A stretch of DNA of 64,000 nucleotides from an uncultured delta proteobacterium (GTDB lineage Bacteria; Desulfobacterota; Binatia; UBA9968), in NCBI GenBank assembly GCA_963816145.1, contig CAWFJP010000017.1:32001-96000 (forward strand), written 5' to 3'. Below, piece by piece: positions 1 through 10,299 of the stretch. Below the pieces are notes generated by a model. That model did no database searches. It worked only from the letters and a program-made list of their open reading frames with translations, and had not been told where the DNA came from. The position numbers and the translations under genes are program-made. Positions within the stretch are counted from its first letter, which is position 1. Every line of letters begins with the position of its first letter.

Positions 1-1
1 C

Positions 2-133
2 ACGACCATTCCCGGTTCGCCGGCGTACGTGGCCAAGGCGACGAAATACAAGATGAATAACCCTGCGCTCGGGCAAAACATCGACCTCAAGGATCATAAC
101 GCGATTCAGGGAAAATTCATTTTCCAGAGCTAG
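2..133 (+). CDS. C-terminal end of probable DUF1326 family protein (truncated by window edge)
   Basis: Frame 2 reads TTIPGSPAYVAKATKY...HNAIQGKFIFQS* with TAG at 131-133. It lies directly upstream of a DUF2182 gene, the usual partner. Confidence 0.65.
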   Translation, partial: TTIPGSPAYVAKATKYKMNNPALGQNIDLKDHNAIQGKFIFQS

Positions 134-171
134 GTTCCCGCGCCAGGAGTAAGACAAACGCATTCGGCGGA

Positions 172-936
172 TTGATGGCCGACCGTAGAGCTTTTTTAGG
201 GTTGATGGCTTCGCTGGTTGGCCTAGCGTGGTGCGCTCTGTGGATCTGGGATCGGTCGCCGTACGGCCGCTACCTCGGGCACCAAGAAATCGGCAAGATC
301 GATGCCGGCTATCTCCTGCTCCCGATAACGCTCTACCTGATCGGTTGGACACTGATGACAGTGGCCATGATGTTGCCGACGGCGCTGCCGCTGCTCGAAA
401 TCTTCCGTCGCTTGACTGCGCAGCGCCAAAATCAGTTTCAGCTATTGGCCCTGGTGATCACGGGGTATCTGGGGGTCTGGCTGAGCTTCGGTATTTTTGC
501 CCACGGCGCCGATTGGTTGCTGCACGAAATCGTCGAGCGCAGTTCCTGGCTCGAAGCGAACGCCTGGCTTATCGGCGCGGGCACGCTGATCCTCGCCGGC
601 GGTTTTCAGTTTAGCCGCTTGAAATACCGCTGTCTGGACAAGTGCCGCGCGCCCTTGAGTTTCGTCACCGAGTACTGGCGCGGCCGCCATGAGCGGCGCA
701 ACGCATTTTTGCTGGGCATCCATCACGGCCTATTTTGCGTCGGCTGCTGCTGGGCGTTGATGCTTTTGATGTTCGCCGTAGGGGTCGGCAATGTCGCCTG
801 GATGTTGGTACTCGGGGCATTGATGGCCGCGGAAAAGAACCTGCCGTGGGGCCGCAAACTCAGCGCGCCGATGGGCGTCGCTCTGCTCGGGTGGGGCGGG
901 ATTATTTTGCTCAACCGTTTGGTTCTTCCGGGTTGA
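172..936 (+). CDS. DUF2182 predicted metal-binding integral membrane protein
   Basis: Motifs W.LM..AMMLP, Q.S.LK..CL..CR.P and G.FCVGCCWALMLLMF; multiple TM segments. Confidence 0.88.
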   Translation: MMADRRAFLGLMASLVGLAWCALWIWDRSPYGRYLGHQEIGKIDAGYLLLPITLYLIGWTLMTVAMMLPTALPLLEIFRRLTAQRQNQFQLLALVITGYLGVWLSFGIFAHGADWLLHEIVERSSWLEANAWLIGAGTLILAGGFQFSRLKYRCLDKCRAPLSFVTEYWRGRHERRNAFLLGIHHGLFCVGCCWALMLLMFAVGVGNVAWMLVLGALMAAEKNLPWGRKLSAPMGVALLGWGGIILLNRLVLPG

Positions 937-1187
937 CTGTGACGAAGTTTTCACCCCGCGAGAACTACGGTTGCAAGGCCGCAGCAAACTAAGAAAGTAC
1001 CCATTCACCAGGAAGGACACGAAGAGCACGAAGTTCGAAGTTTGTAATCATCCGAAACCTAGGTGTCCTTAGCGCGTTTCGTGGTGAATCAAGCAAACTG
1101 AAGTGGGCGTATTACCTGCACAAGAGCCTAGATAAACCATCATTGTTGACTGCGCCACAAGCAAAATCCAGTGCGACGTTGGCCGAC

Positions 1188-2295
1188 ATGGAACAAAAAA
1201 GCGCGAACAAATACTTTTCAACCGTTGGTGACGGTAGCGGGCTCGCTCAAACCGATGGGCTTTATAAAGAAGAGCTGCAGCTCGCGCTGCGCATCGCGCA
1301 GCCTCGGAGGCCTGCGCGATCCGATCACGCCGACGGGTCTGCACTACCTGCTGATCCATTACGACATACCTGAGGTGAACGCCGGCGAATGGCGCTTGCA
1401 AATCGCCGGCCGAGTCGCGACGCCGCTTGATCTGACTCTGGAGGAAATCAAAAAGCGGCCGCGCCGAACCATTCCGGTCACCATGGAATGCGCCGGCAAC
1501 GGCCGGGCGTTGTTCGCGCCGCGGCGCATTAGCCAACCCTGGCTGCTCGAAGCCATCGGCAATGCCGAGTGGACGGGCACACCCCTTCGAGGCATCCTGC
1601 AAGAAGCCGGCGTCAGCAGCGATGCCGTTGAGATTGTTTTCACCGGTTTGGATCAGGGTGTCGAAGGCGATCAAGTTCAACACTACCAGCGCAGTCTGAC
1701 TGTCGACGAAGCGACCAGGGACGAGGTCCTGCTGGTCTATGAAATGAACGGCGAGCCGCTGCCGCCGCAACATGGCTATCCGCTGCGCTTGTTGAAGCCG
1801 GGCTGGTACGGCATGGCGAGCGTGAAATGGCTGGATCGAATCGAGGCCGTTGCAGAGCCGTTTCAAGGCTATCAAATGGTGCGCGCCTACCGTTACGCGC
1901 AGTCGGCGGAGGAGCCGGGAGTTGCGGTCGATGTAATCAGAGCGCGCGCCCTGATGATTCCTCCCGGCATTCCGGACTTCATGACTCGCGACCGGCTGGT
2001 CGGTGCCGGCTCAGTGACTCTCGCTGGCAAAGCTTGGGCCGGGCACGGCGTCGTCGCGCGTGTCGAAGTTAGCGTCGACGGCGGCGCGACATGGTCCGAA
2101 GCCCAACTCGGCGAATCGGGATCATCCTATGCCTGGAGTTCATGGACGTTCGCATGGGATGCCACACCGGGCGCGTACATCCTTCAGGTCCGCGCGAGCG
2201 ATGCCGATGGCAATGTGCAGCCAGCCGTCCAGCAGTGGAATTTCGGCGGCTACGGCAACAATGGCGTGCAGCGCGTGAATGTCGTCGTACGGTGA
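1188..2295 (+). pseudogene. Sulfite oxidase-family molybdopterin oxidoreductase, frameshifted near 1290-1310 (pseudogene or sequence error)
   Basis: The N-terminus MEQKS...KEELQLALR is in one frame. PITPTGLHYLLIHYDIP, ECAGNGR, MNGEPLPPQHGYPLRL..PGWYG..SVKWL and the Moco-dimerisation domain are in another. Confidence 0.85.
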
Positions 2296-2380
2296 AATCT
2301 TTTCACCGGCGTCCGAAAGCGATGTCGGACTTGGCCAACTCTACGTAGATCTAACCGCGGGGTCGCTCATCGGGCCTCAT

Positions 2381-2428
2381 GGTGTCGCGTCTTGCAGTGC
2401 GACAAATTTGTGATGACACGACCTAGCG
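2381..2428. repeat. REP-like imperfect palindrome (GGGTC[AG]CGTCTTGCA...GACCTG[AG]CCC family)
   Basis: ggtgtcgcgtcttgcagtgcgacaaat...acgacctagc. Related copies at ~2681, 14138, 25575, 26201, 30666, 61597 and 63052. Confidence 0.65.
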
Positions 2429-2620
2429 GTGAAATTCCGACGAAGTTTCACGCCACAACGCATGGCGGGCGAGCTCGTGCGAATGCATCCCTTAAAGACA
2501 CTCACACCGCCGGTGAAAATACCTGATTTTACGATGTGCCAAGCCTGGCACGAGATCCATCGCAACGACCCCGGCCACCGCTGGTTGCGTGAAGAGTTGA
2601 TTCGAGCAGCCAAAGAATAG
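2429..2620 (+). pseudogene. C-terminal fragment of a LysR-family regulator (substrate-binding domain end)
   Basis: PPVKIPDFTMCQAWHEIHRNDPGHRWLRE matches the NahR/NodD-type LysR tail (WH...DP.H.WLR); no HTH upstream. Confidence 0.7.
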
Positions 2621-2680
2621 ATTTACATTGGCGAGATTCGCGGGGGGTTACGGGACCGCTAATTTACCTGTGAGGTGCAA

Positions 2681-2720
2681 GATCGCGTCTTGCAAAAGTG
2701 CGATTGCAAGACTTGGCCCA
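2681..2720. repeat. REP-like imperfect palindrome
   Basis: gatcgcgtcttgcaaaagtgcgattgcaagacttggccc, with a GTCTTGCA/TGCAAGAC stem. Confidence 0.7.
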
Positions 2721-2735
2721 TGTTCTTCTTTGTCT

Positions 2736-3746
2736 CTATAACGCGGGCTTCCAGCCTCGTGTCTGCAGTGTCGCCTGTGCCTTTCGTAGGATCGAGAAAT
2801 CAAATACCTTATCCGCACTGGAAACGTCCTTTGCCCCCGCCATTTTGCTGAAAAAGGCGATCATTTTTTTCTTTGTCTCCTGCGAGAGCGCCCCGTCGCT
2901 CGTCATGATCGGCCGGGAGGAATCGTAGATATTCGTCGCCATCGGCTCGTCTATTTTTAGATAACGCACCAGAACTTTGACCGCTTCGGAGCGATTGTCG
3001 CGCGCGAACAAAAACCCCATGAGCGAGGCGCGAACGAATTTTTCGACCATCACAGGCTCGCTGCGTAAAAACTCGTCGCGCGCGACGATACCACCGCTGG
3101 GCAAAACGAAGTTGTGATCTTTGAAGACCACCATGGCTCGGAACCCAGCATCCTTGGCGTTCAATGTGTATGGTGCGATAAGCATTGCGCCGTCGAAGGT
3201 GCCGCTCAATAAACTCGCCAACCGGGTCTCCGGTGCGCCGATCCCCAGCAGCGTGACATCATGGCCGGCATCGAGCCCGTTAGCAGTGAGGTACTCGCGT
3301 AAAATGACTTCGCCGATGGTGCCGATGCCAGCGACGGCGATTTTCTTACCTCGCAACGCCTTGATCCCTTGGATCTCGGGTTTAACGAAGAGTTCATGTT
3401 GCGGCTTGTCGAAGGGCACGAAGAGCAGTTTCAACGGCGCGCCGCGCAGCGCCGTGGTCAGGCCCGCAAGCGGCACCGCTGAGAACTCCACGCTTCCACT
3501 CAGCACGGCTAGATTCGCCGTCGGCGCCCGCGTCGCGAGCAAGTCGACATCCAAACCCTCAGCTGCGTAGTAACCGTTTAACTTCGCGGCAAAAAAAGGC
3601 AGCATCGATACGGTGTAGCCGGGAGTCGCTACACGGATCTTTTTCACTTGCGCTTGTGCGCCGCTGATGAAAAGCGTCGCGACAAAGAAGAGGCAAGCGG
3701 CGGAGGTAACTTGTTTATTCACGATGTGGTTGCGCCGAACAAACAT
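2736..3746 (-). CDS. ABC transporter substrate-binding protein, NMT1/THI5/SsuA-like
   Basis: Signal peptide, GYYAAEGLDV, LRGKKIAV, RLASLLSG. Start placed at ATG 3746 although the ORF is longer. Confidence 0.85.
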   Translation of the reverse strand: MFVRRNHIVNKQVTSAACLFFVATLFISGAQAQVKKIRVATPGYTVSMLPFFAAKLNGYYAAEGLDVDLLATRAPTANLAVLSGSVEFSAVPLAGLTTALRGAPLKLLFVPFDKPQHELFVKPEIQGIKALRGKKIAVAGIGTIGEVILREYLTANGLDAGHDVTLLGIGAPETRLASLLSGTFDGAMLIAPYTLNAKDAGFRAMVVFKDHNFVLPSGGIVARDEFLRSEPVMVEKFVRASLMGFLFARDNRSEAVKVLVRYLKIDEPMATNIYDSSRPIMTSDGALSQETKKKMIAFFSKMAGAKDVSSADKVFDFSILRKAQATLQTRGWKPAL

Positions 3747-3963
3747 TTGCCACCAACCCATGATCCCATTGTTTATCATATGTAAGAGACAGTGTTTTCG
3801 CAGCATCATATTGACAACTTGATGCGGCCATCCTTGAACAAGAACAAAATGCAACGACCGCTACGAAATTTGTCGGCGCCACAATAGTTGCTGATGTCCT
3901 GGAAAAACTGAGGATTTGTCCATTTAGACAACAGTGACCTTTAGATCGCTCAGACTTATCCTT

Positions 3964-4980
3964 TTATTTTTCGTAAAGCCGCTTGACGAACCCGCTCGCT
4001 TCGATCTCCCTGGCGATCTTGAACGAAACGAATTGTTCGGGATCGGCGTTCTTTGCCGCCGGCACCGTGCTTGAAAGTTCCGTCAGGATCTCGCGAATCC
4101 CCTCGATTGTCGGAATCGGTAAGGCCAGATACTTGCTCGCGATATTGCTGTAGCTGTCTTCCAGCACCTCGCGGTCGTCGTTGCGGGTATATTTTTTCAG
4201 CACCGCCAGCGCCGCTTCTTTGTTGCGTTTGAAATCATGGATCGCTTCGATGTAGGCAACCATGAAGCCTTTCACCACCCCTTCGTTTTTTTGCAGATAA
4301 GATTTGGTCGTGCCGATGGCCGACGTCGGATAGTGCAGCCCCAGGTCGGCGAGATCCCCCAGCTCGCGAAAGCCCGCTTTGCGGGCGATCAGCGACGAGA
4401 TGCCGCTCATCACCCCGGCGTCGAGCATTCTAGTCTGCATGGCGCGGACCGTGTCCTGCGACGTACCGAATTGCAAAATATTGACGTCGCGCTCGGGATT
4501 CAGGCCCCATTTTTTTAGCGCCAGCCGCACGGCGAAATCTGACGTGGCGCCGTAGCGGCTGACGCCCAATTTTTTGCCTTTGAGTTGCAGTGGGCTGGAG
4601 ATTTCCGGCGCGCTGAAGATTTTGAAAACAAATCCGTTGATGAGAGCGGCAATTAGAATCGTGTCGGCGCCCTGCAACGCGGCTTGCACCAAGCCGGAAC
4701 CGGAGAGCGAGGCAATTTCCAGATCCCTGGCGATCAGTGCCCGCAATGACACCGATCCGGTGCCCATGCCGACCAGCACCACATCGAGTCCGTGCTTTTC
4801 GAATAGTTTGGTTTCTTTGGCAAACCCCAATACCGCGACGCCACCGTCGGTAGAACCATAGCCGGCCATGACTTTGATGAGCGGTTTGGCCTGCCCCGCC
4901 AACGCGTTTGGAGCATGAAGATCAAGAAAAACAGCTACCATCCCCGCAATCAACAGCTGGACGCTACCGTGATTTTTCAT
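3964..4980 (-). CDS. ABC transporter substrate-binding protein, NMT1/THI5/SsuA-like
   Basis: LFEKHGLDV, LKGKKLGVSRYGATSD, KNADPEQFV; GGAGG RBS before ATG 4980. Confidence 0.88.
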   Translation of the reverse strand: MKNHGSVQLLIAGMVAVFLDLHAPNALAGQAKPLIKVMAGYGSTDGGVAVLGFAKETKLFEKHGLDVVLVGMGTGSVSLRALIARDLEIASLSGSGLVQAALQGADTILIAALINGFVFKIFSAPEISSPLQLKGKKLGVSRYGATSDFAVRLALKKWGLNPERDVNILQFGTSQDTVRAMQTRMLDAGVMSGISSLIARKAGFRELGDLADLGLHYPTSAIGTTKSYLQKNEGVVKGFMVAYIEAIHDFKRNKEAALAVLKKYTRNDDREVLEDSYSNIASKYLALPIPTIEGIREILTELSSTVPAAKNADPEQFVSFKIAREIEASGFVKRLYEK

Positions 4981-5104
4981 GACACGACCTCCATCAGGAC
5001 AGCGTCCCAAGAAGTTTGCCGTAACCCTTGATAGCCGCCTTTATCCTAGAGACCGTTAGCGGCCACCAGATTTGGGTTACCGATGTTTTCAAGTCCAGCG
5101 AAAA

Positions 5105-6157
5105 TCATCTGCGGGCAAACTCTGAGACAAGCTTCTTCCATTTATCCATCATCTGATCGTATTGAGCAGTTGTTACACCTTCCTCTGGATACCAGCGTTT
5201 GAACCCATAGTCCTTCAAAGGACTGCCATGTTTGAAAGTCTCTATGAGCATTTTCTGCCCATCCGGACTGAGGAAAAAATCAACCAGCAATAACGCGCCG
5301 TGCGGATGCTGGGCATGAGCAAAGACAGCGACTCCGCCCGCGATGGCGGCGACCAGATCCATGGGGACCCATGCGACGGGCGCGCCTTTATCCACCGCGT
5401 GACCAATGTTGCTGTGTATAGCCGTGAACGATATTGGCACCTCTCCCGAAACGATCAATTCATTGAAGCCAGGACCATTGACGCCATGGACTGTGACCTC
5501 CTGTTCTTTTAGCCTTTTTATATAACTCTCACCCTTGGATTTGATCATGGCACCGATGAACCGAGCCGCAACGTCGTCATTACTGATCGACATTTTTCCT
5601 TTCAGCGCGGGCTTCAGCAGGTCATCGAGGTTTTTAGGCACCTCGGCCGCGGGCAGAACATTCTTGTTGTAGCCAACCCCGATATAAGATTCCCTGTCGG
5701 TGGTCCAAAAAACCAAACCGCGGGGCGCCTTTTGCTTAGCGGCGTCGGGATAGGCCGAGAGATACGGCGACGTGTACGGTAGCAGCAGGTCGTCGTCACG
5801 CAGCACCATCAACCCTGGCGGCGAAGTTTCGATCACATCGCCAAGATAACGCTTCGCCCGCGCCTCGGCCAAAACTCGGGGCGCCAATTGCGTGCCGCTC
5901 GCTCTGTATGTCTCCACGGTTACGCCCGGATATTTTGCCTCAAAAATCTTGACGATCTCCTTGTTCGCAATCAACGACGTGTACCATAAAAATTTGCCCT
6001 CCTTTTTCGCTCCCTCGTAAAGCAAACGCTCCCGGTCCGAGCCGGTGTATTTAGCCAAATCTCCTGGAAGCGTCGGCTTAGCGCCTTGACTCCAGGCGCT
6101 TCCTAGAAGACTCAGAAGAAAAACAGTTGCGGCGAAACAGGTTTTTCGCGTGGACAT
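5105..6157 (-). CDS. ABC extracellular solute-binding protein (Fe3+/AfuA-like family)
   Basis: GAKKEGK..WYTS, FEAKYPG, GAPVAWVP, A.HPHGALL.VDFFLSPDGQ. Confidence 0.85.
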   Translation of the reverse strand: MSTRKTCFAATVFLLSLLGSAWSQGAKPTLPGDLAKYTGSDRERLLYEGAKKEGKFLWYTSLIANKEIVKIFEAKYPGVTVETYRASGTQLAPRVLAEARAKRYLGDVIETSPPGLMVLRDDDLLLPYTSPYLSAYPDAAKQKAPRGLVFWTTDRESYIGVGYNKNVLPAAEVPKNLDDLLKPALKGKMSISNDDVAARFIGAMIKSKGESYIKRLKEQEVTVHGVNGPGFNELIVSGEVPISFTAIHSNIGHAVDKGAPVAWVPMDLVAAIAGGVAVFAHAQHPHGALLLVDFFLSPDGQKMLIETFKHGSPLKDYGFKRWYPEEGVTTAQYDQMMDKWKKLVSEFARR

Positions 6158-6318
6158 CTAGAGACCTCCTCGGCGAGCGTTTGTTTTGTACGTTCTTAGC
6201 TGCAACAAACGAGGAAAGTCAATGCGAGATAACCACGAATACCTATCGATCCATTCGCCAGTGACTTCTGACTTGACGTAAGTTCGGGCGATCGGATATC
6301 GTCGCCCTCGACATTCCT

Positions 6319-7326
6319 ATGAAGACGATAGCTTTTTTTCTACTGATCGCCGCCTTCATTGCTGTGGGTTTTCTTCGCGCCTCCAGCGCAGCAATTCGGG
6401 AAGATTTCATCGAAGCGGCCAGAAACGAGCGCGAGGTGGTCCTTTCCACGACTATTAATTTGGCAGAGGCCGGCTCGATGGCCCGTCAGTTCAAAGCAAA
6501 GTATCCGTTCCTCGAAGTAAACATAATCCGCGCGGAAGGCGAAAGGATCGTTACCCGAATCCTGCAAGAAGCGCGCGCGAAGAAAACCATTGTGGATGTG
6601 ATTCAAACGCCGGCGTTTTACCTCCACGCGCTGAGAAAGAGGGGAATCATCGGCGAGTACACCCCGGTAGACGACCGCTTTTATCCGCGCAATTTCAAAG
6701 AAGAGAAGGTTTGGACGACGACTTATTACAATCCATATGTCGTTCTTTACAACACGAAGCTGATCGCGGCTCAAAATCTGCCTAAGCGCTACGATGACCT
6801 GCTGGGTCCGTTCTGGAAAAACAAAATGATTTTGGAAAAAGACAAAATCGATTGGTTTACGGCGATGCTGCAAATTATGGGAAGGGAAAAAGGTGTCCGC
6901 TATATGCGCGAGCTGTCCAAGCAAACTCCTATGCTGCGGATCGGACAGGAGCTGATAACCCAATTGGTCGCCGCCGGCGAGGCTTCACTGCAGGTCAACA
7001 GTAACGCCGTGACGGTCAACCGGCTAAAACAGAAAGGCGCGCCGATCGATTGGGTTGCCCCTGGGCCGTTACCTGGCCTGATGGTCGGAGTCGGGCTTAC
7101 GGCTCAAGCACCGCACCCTAGCGCGGCCAGGCTGTTTGTCGATTTCCTGCTCTCGAAAGAAGGGCAGCAACTGTATCAAAGCGCCGGACGATTGGTCGCG
7201 AGATCCGACCTGCCACAAGATGAAAACATGAAAGTCAGGGGCGCGCAGATTGTGCCGGTCGATCCCGCTTGGGCGGAAAACTTCGACGAAGACTCCAAGC
7301 TGATGAAAGAAATTTTTGCTAACTAG
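6319..7326 (+). CDS. ABC extracellular solute-binding protein (Fe3+/AfuA-like family)
   Basis: FKAKYPF, YNTKL..PKRYDDLL, KGAPIDW, APHPSAARLFVDFLLSKEGQ. Confidence 0.87.
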   Translation: MKTIAFFLLIAAFIAVGFLRASSAAIREDFIEAARNEREVVLSTTINLAEAGSMARQFKAKYPFLEVNIIRAEGERIVTRILQEARAKKTIVDVIQTPAFYLHALRKRGIIGEYTPVDDRFYPRNFKEEKVWTTTYYNPYVVLYNTKLIAAQNLPKRYDDLLGPFWKNKMILEKDKIDWFTAMLQIMGREKGVRYMRELSKQTPMLRIGQELITQLVAAGEASLQVNSNAVTVNRLKQKGAPIDWVAPGPLPGLMVGVGLTAQAPHPSAARLFVDFLLSKEGQQLYQSAGRLVARSDLPQDENMKVRGAQIVPVDPAWAENFDEDSKLMKEIFAN

Positions 7327-7386
7327 CATCGAAACGAACGCCAGTCCTACGCTTAAAGAAAGTGCAAACAGCGAAAGAGGTTAAAC

Positions 7387-8568
7387 ATGCCGGAGCAAGC
7401 GATCAAAGATAAGACCGCGATCGTCGGACTTGGATGGACCGCCTTCTCGCGCAAATCCGGAGTGACGACCCTGACCCTCGCCGCTGAGGCGAGCCTCAAG
7501 GCGATCGCGGACGCAGGGCTGCAAGTCCAGGATATCGATGGGGTGGTTTCATTTTACCACCGGCAGCCGGAAGGCCAGATAGTGCGGGAGCTAGTCCGCG
7601 CGCTCGGTCTGAAGAAATGCAACTTCGAATTCTACAGCGATGGCGGCGGCGGTTGGAACTGCGGCGCGGTGCTTTCCGGCGCCATGCTCGTGCACTCGGG
7701 GATCTGCAAGAATGTCTTGGTTTTCAAGGCGCGCAACCGTTACAGCCAGGGACGCGCCGCGCGCGCCGAGCGGGCCAACGACGTCAAAAGCGATGCGCAG
7801 TGGACCACGCCTTTCGGCATTCACCACGCGGCTGCTTCCTTCGGGCCCATCGCTACGGCCCACATGGCGCGCTACGGCACGACAACGCTCGACTTCGCCC
7901 ATCTCGCCGTTACCGAGCGCAGCCATGCCGTCCTGAATCAGAAGGCGATGATGCGCAAACCGATCACCATCGAAGATCACCAGAACTCACGCTGGATCAT
8001 TTACCCTTTCCGCTTGCTCGATTGCTGCCAGGAGAGCGATGGCGGCGTGGCGCTGGTTATCACATCCGCTGAACGGGCGCGTGATTTGCAACACGCGCCG
8101 GTCTACATCATGTCGGGCATGGGCGGTCAGGGTCAGACTTCAGGTTTGTGGGAGACCAATGGGGCCAACTCCGCTCCGCTGCTGTATGAAGGCGCCGGCA
8201 TCACAGCCAAAGATGTCAGCATCGCGGAAATCTACGATCCGTTTACGGCCATGTGCATGGTGCACATCGAAGACTTCGGCCTAGTTAAAAAAGGCGAGAT
8301 CGGTAGTTGGGTGAGAGAGGGTCACAACCGCCTCGACGGCGATCTGCCGGTGAACACCCACGGCGGTTTAATGTCCGAGGCGCACATTCACGGGCTCAAT
8401 CACGTGATCGAAGCGGTGCAGCAACTGCGTCCCGAAGGCGTCGTCGACGACCTGTGCAACGGCGCGCATACTTTTGACCGCTCGACTTGCCGCCAGGTGC
8501 GCAACCCCGAGACTGCGCTCGTCTGCGGCGAATGCGGCGAGAGCGCCATGCTCCTGAGGAGGGCGTGA
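7387..8568 (+). CDS. Thiolase-like protein (SCP-x / lipid-transfer-protein subfamily)
   Basis: AIVGLG.T.FSR, PFRLLDCCQESDGG, IYDPFT, LPVNTHGGLMSEAH..G. Confidence 0.88.
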   Translation: MPEQAIKDKTAIVGLGWTAFSRKSGVTTLTLAAEASLKAIADAGLQVQDIDGVVSFYHRQPEGQIVRELVRALGLKKCNFEFYSDGGGGWNCGAVLSGAMLVHSGICKNVLVFKARNRYSQGRAARAERANDVKSDAQWTTPFGIHHAAASFGPIATAHMARYGTTTLDFAHLAVTERSHAVLNQKAMMRKPITIEDHQNSRWIIYPFRLLDCCQESDGGVALVITSAERARDLQHAPVYIMSGMGGQGQTSGLWETNGANSAPLLYEGAGITAKDVSIAEIYDPFTAMCMVHIEDFGLVKKGEIGSWVREGHNRLDGDLPVNTHGGLMSEAHIHGLNHVIEAVQQLRPEGVVDDLCNGAHTFDRSTCRQVRNPETALVCGECGESAMLLRRA

Positions 8569-8570
8569 TC

Positions 8571-8987
8571 ATGGCGGAATATGCCAAGCCGTTACCGGTA
8601 GCGGATATCGACTCCCAGCAGTTCTGGGACAGCTGCAAAGCGCACGAGCTTTCAGCGCAGCGCTGCCAAGATTGCAAAAAGTTTCGTTGGCCGCCCCAAG
8701 CCTTTTGCCCGCACTGCTATTCGTGGAAATTCGCCTGGACCAAGCTCAGCGAAACCGGCATCGTCGATTCATTCGTGGTCGTGCACTACGTGTCGATTCC
8801 CGCTTTTCAGGATGACGTGCCCTACGTCGTCGCTCATATCACGATCGACGGCACCGATGGGCAAGTAACGATGATTAGCAACGTGGTCGAATGCCCCTGG
8901 GAGGATGTGCGGGTCGGCATGCCGGTGCGACTGGTCTTCGACGATGTCACGCCGGAGGTGACGCTGCCGAAGTTTCGCCCCGTGTAG
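8571..8987 (+). CDS. DUF35 Zn-ribbon/OB-fold protein (thiolase partner)
   Basis: FW..C..H.L..QRCQDC...WPPQ..CPHC and VRVGMPV..VF; 2 bp after the thiolase stop. Confidence 0.9.
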   Translation: MAEYAKPLPVADIDSQQFWDSCKAHELSAQRCQDCKKFRWPPQAFCPHCYSWKFAWTKLSETGIVDSFVVVHYVSIPAFQDDVPYVVAHITIDGTDGQVTMISNVVECPWEDVRVGMPVRLVFDDVTPEVTLPKFRPV

Positions 8988-9122
8988 AAAAATGGAATGG
9001 TGCGCCGGATGCAGCAACACGCCGGCACTCATGAATACCAAAATCGCCGTGTTCCAACATTCCACTCTCCCATTATTCCAGCATTCCAATCATCTATCAC
9101 TCCCGTCCCAACGGAGGTGCCA

Positions 9123-10283
9123 ATGCCGGGTGCTCTTCAGGACATACGCGTAATCGACTTCACTCACGCGCTCGCCGGACCGTTCTGCGTGATGTTGCTT
9201 GGACATCTGGGGGCTGACGTTATCAAGGTCGAGCCGCCCAACGGCGATGAGTTTCGCCGCTTATGGATGCAACCGGGCGCGACCACGGACGCGTACGAAT
9301 CTCTATGGATAAACGTCAACAAAAAAAGCATCGTGCTTAATCTGAAGGCGCAAAAGGGTGTGGAGCTGGCGCGCCGGCTGATTGCCCAGGCCGATGTGCT
9401 GGTCGAGAATTACCAAAAAGGCGTGATGGAGCGATTCGGTTTGGACTATGACTCGGTAAAGGCTATCAACCCGCGGCTGATCTACGCCTGTTCGCGCGGT
9501 TACGGCGAGTGGGGGCCTTACGCGAGCTATGGCAACACTGCGGCGAGCAACAACAGCATCGCCGGATGGCTTCACAGCGCGTGGAAGAACAATGGCGCCG
9601 TAGGGACCAAGACCTTGGGAATCGGCGACGAAGCCGCCGGCGTCAGCATCGCGCTCGGCATTCTCGCCGCGCTGCACGCGCGCGAGCGCACCGGCAAGGG
9701 CCAGAAGGTTGCGGTCTCGATGCAAGAAGCCGTGCTCGGGTTTATGACCAGCTCGCTGCACGAGCACTTTACCGGCAACCAAGTCGGCAATCGTCCGATG
9801 AAAGTGGCCGACGGCTATTTCACCTTGCGCGTGCCGGACATGAGCGATGCCGTTTGGGCCCAGGTAGCGCAACTGATCGGCCGCAACGATCTTCTGCAAG
9901 ATGCCCGTTTTTCGACCGCTGCCGCGCGCCGCCCGCATCGCGCTGAGCTCGAGGAGATAGTGAGAACCTGGGCAAGCGGAAAATCTCGCCAGGAAATTTG
10001 GGACGGGCTGCGCGAGCTCGATTACTTCGGTGCGCCGGTTCTATCGATCGGTGAAATAATCGAGGATCGGCATATCAAAGAGCGGAAAGCCTTTATCGAA
10101 CGCGAGCACCCCACCGCCGGCCCGACCACCTTGCTCGCTCCCTGGATCCACCTCTCAGAAACCCCCACCAGCATCCGCGATGACGCCCCCGCCATCGGCC
10201 AGCACACTGATGAAGTGCTTAGCGGACTTGGGGTGAGCAAAGCGGAGCTAAGCGATCTCCGTGCCGAAGGCGTGATCAAATAA
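9123..10283 (+). CDS. CaiB/BaiF family III CoA-transferase
   Basis: L.DIRVIDFTHALAGP, LGADVIKVEPP.GD, ADVLVENY, INPRLIY, APAIGQHTDEVL; GGAGG RBS. Confidence 0.92.
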   Translation: MPGALQDIRVIDFTHALAGPFCVMLLGHLGADVIKVEPPNGDEFRRLWMQPGATTDAYESLWINVNKKSIVLNLKAQKGVELARRLIAQADVLVENYQKGVMERFGLDYDSVKAINPRLIYACSRGYGEWGPYASYGNTAASNNSIAGWLHSAWKNNGAVGTKTLGIGDEAAGVSIALGILAALHARERTGKGQKVAVSMQEAVLGFMTSSLHEHFTGNQVGNRPMKVADGYFTLRVPDMSDAVWAQVAQLIGRNDLLQDARFSTAAARRPHRAELEEIVRTWASGKSRQEIWDGLRELDYFGAPVLSIGEIIEDRHIKERKAFIEREHPTAGPTTLLAPWIHLSETPTSIRDDAPAIGQHTDEVLSGLGVSKAELSDLRAEGVIK

Positions 10284-10299
10284 TCCTACTGAACTTTCG

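Noticed and set aside
8990-9120. N-terminal extension of the CoA transferase ORF
   Set aside because: The region is an ATTCCA/TGGAAT-rich intergenic repeat, and the RBS supports a start at 9123.
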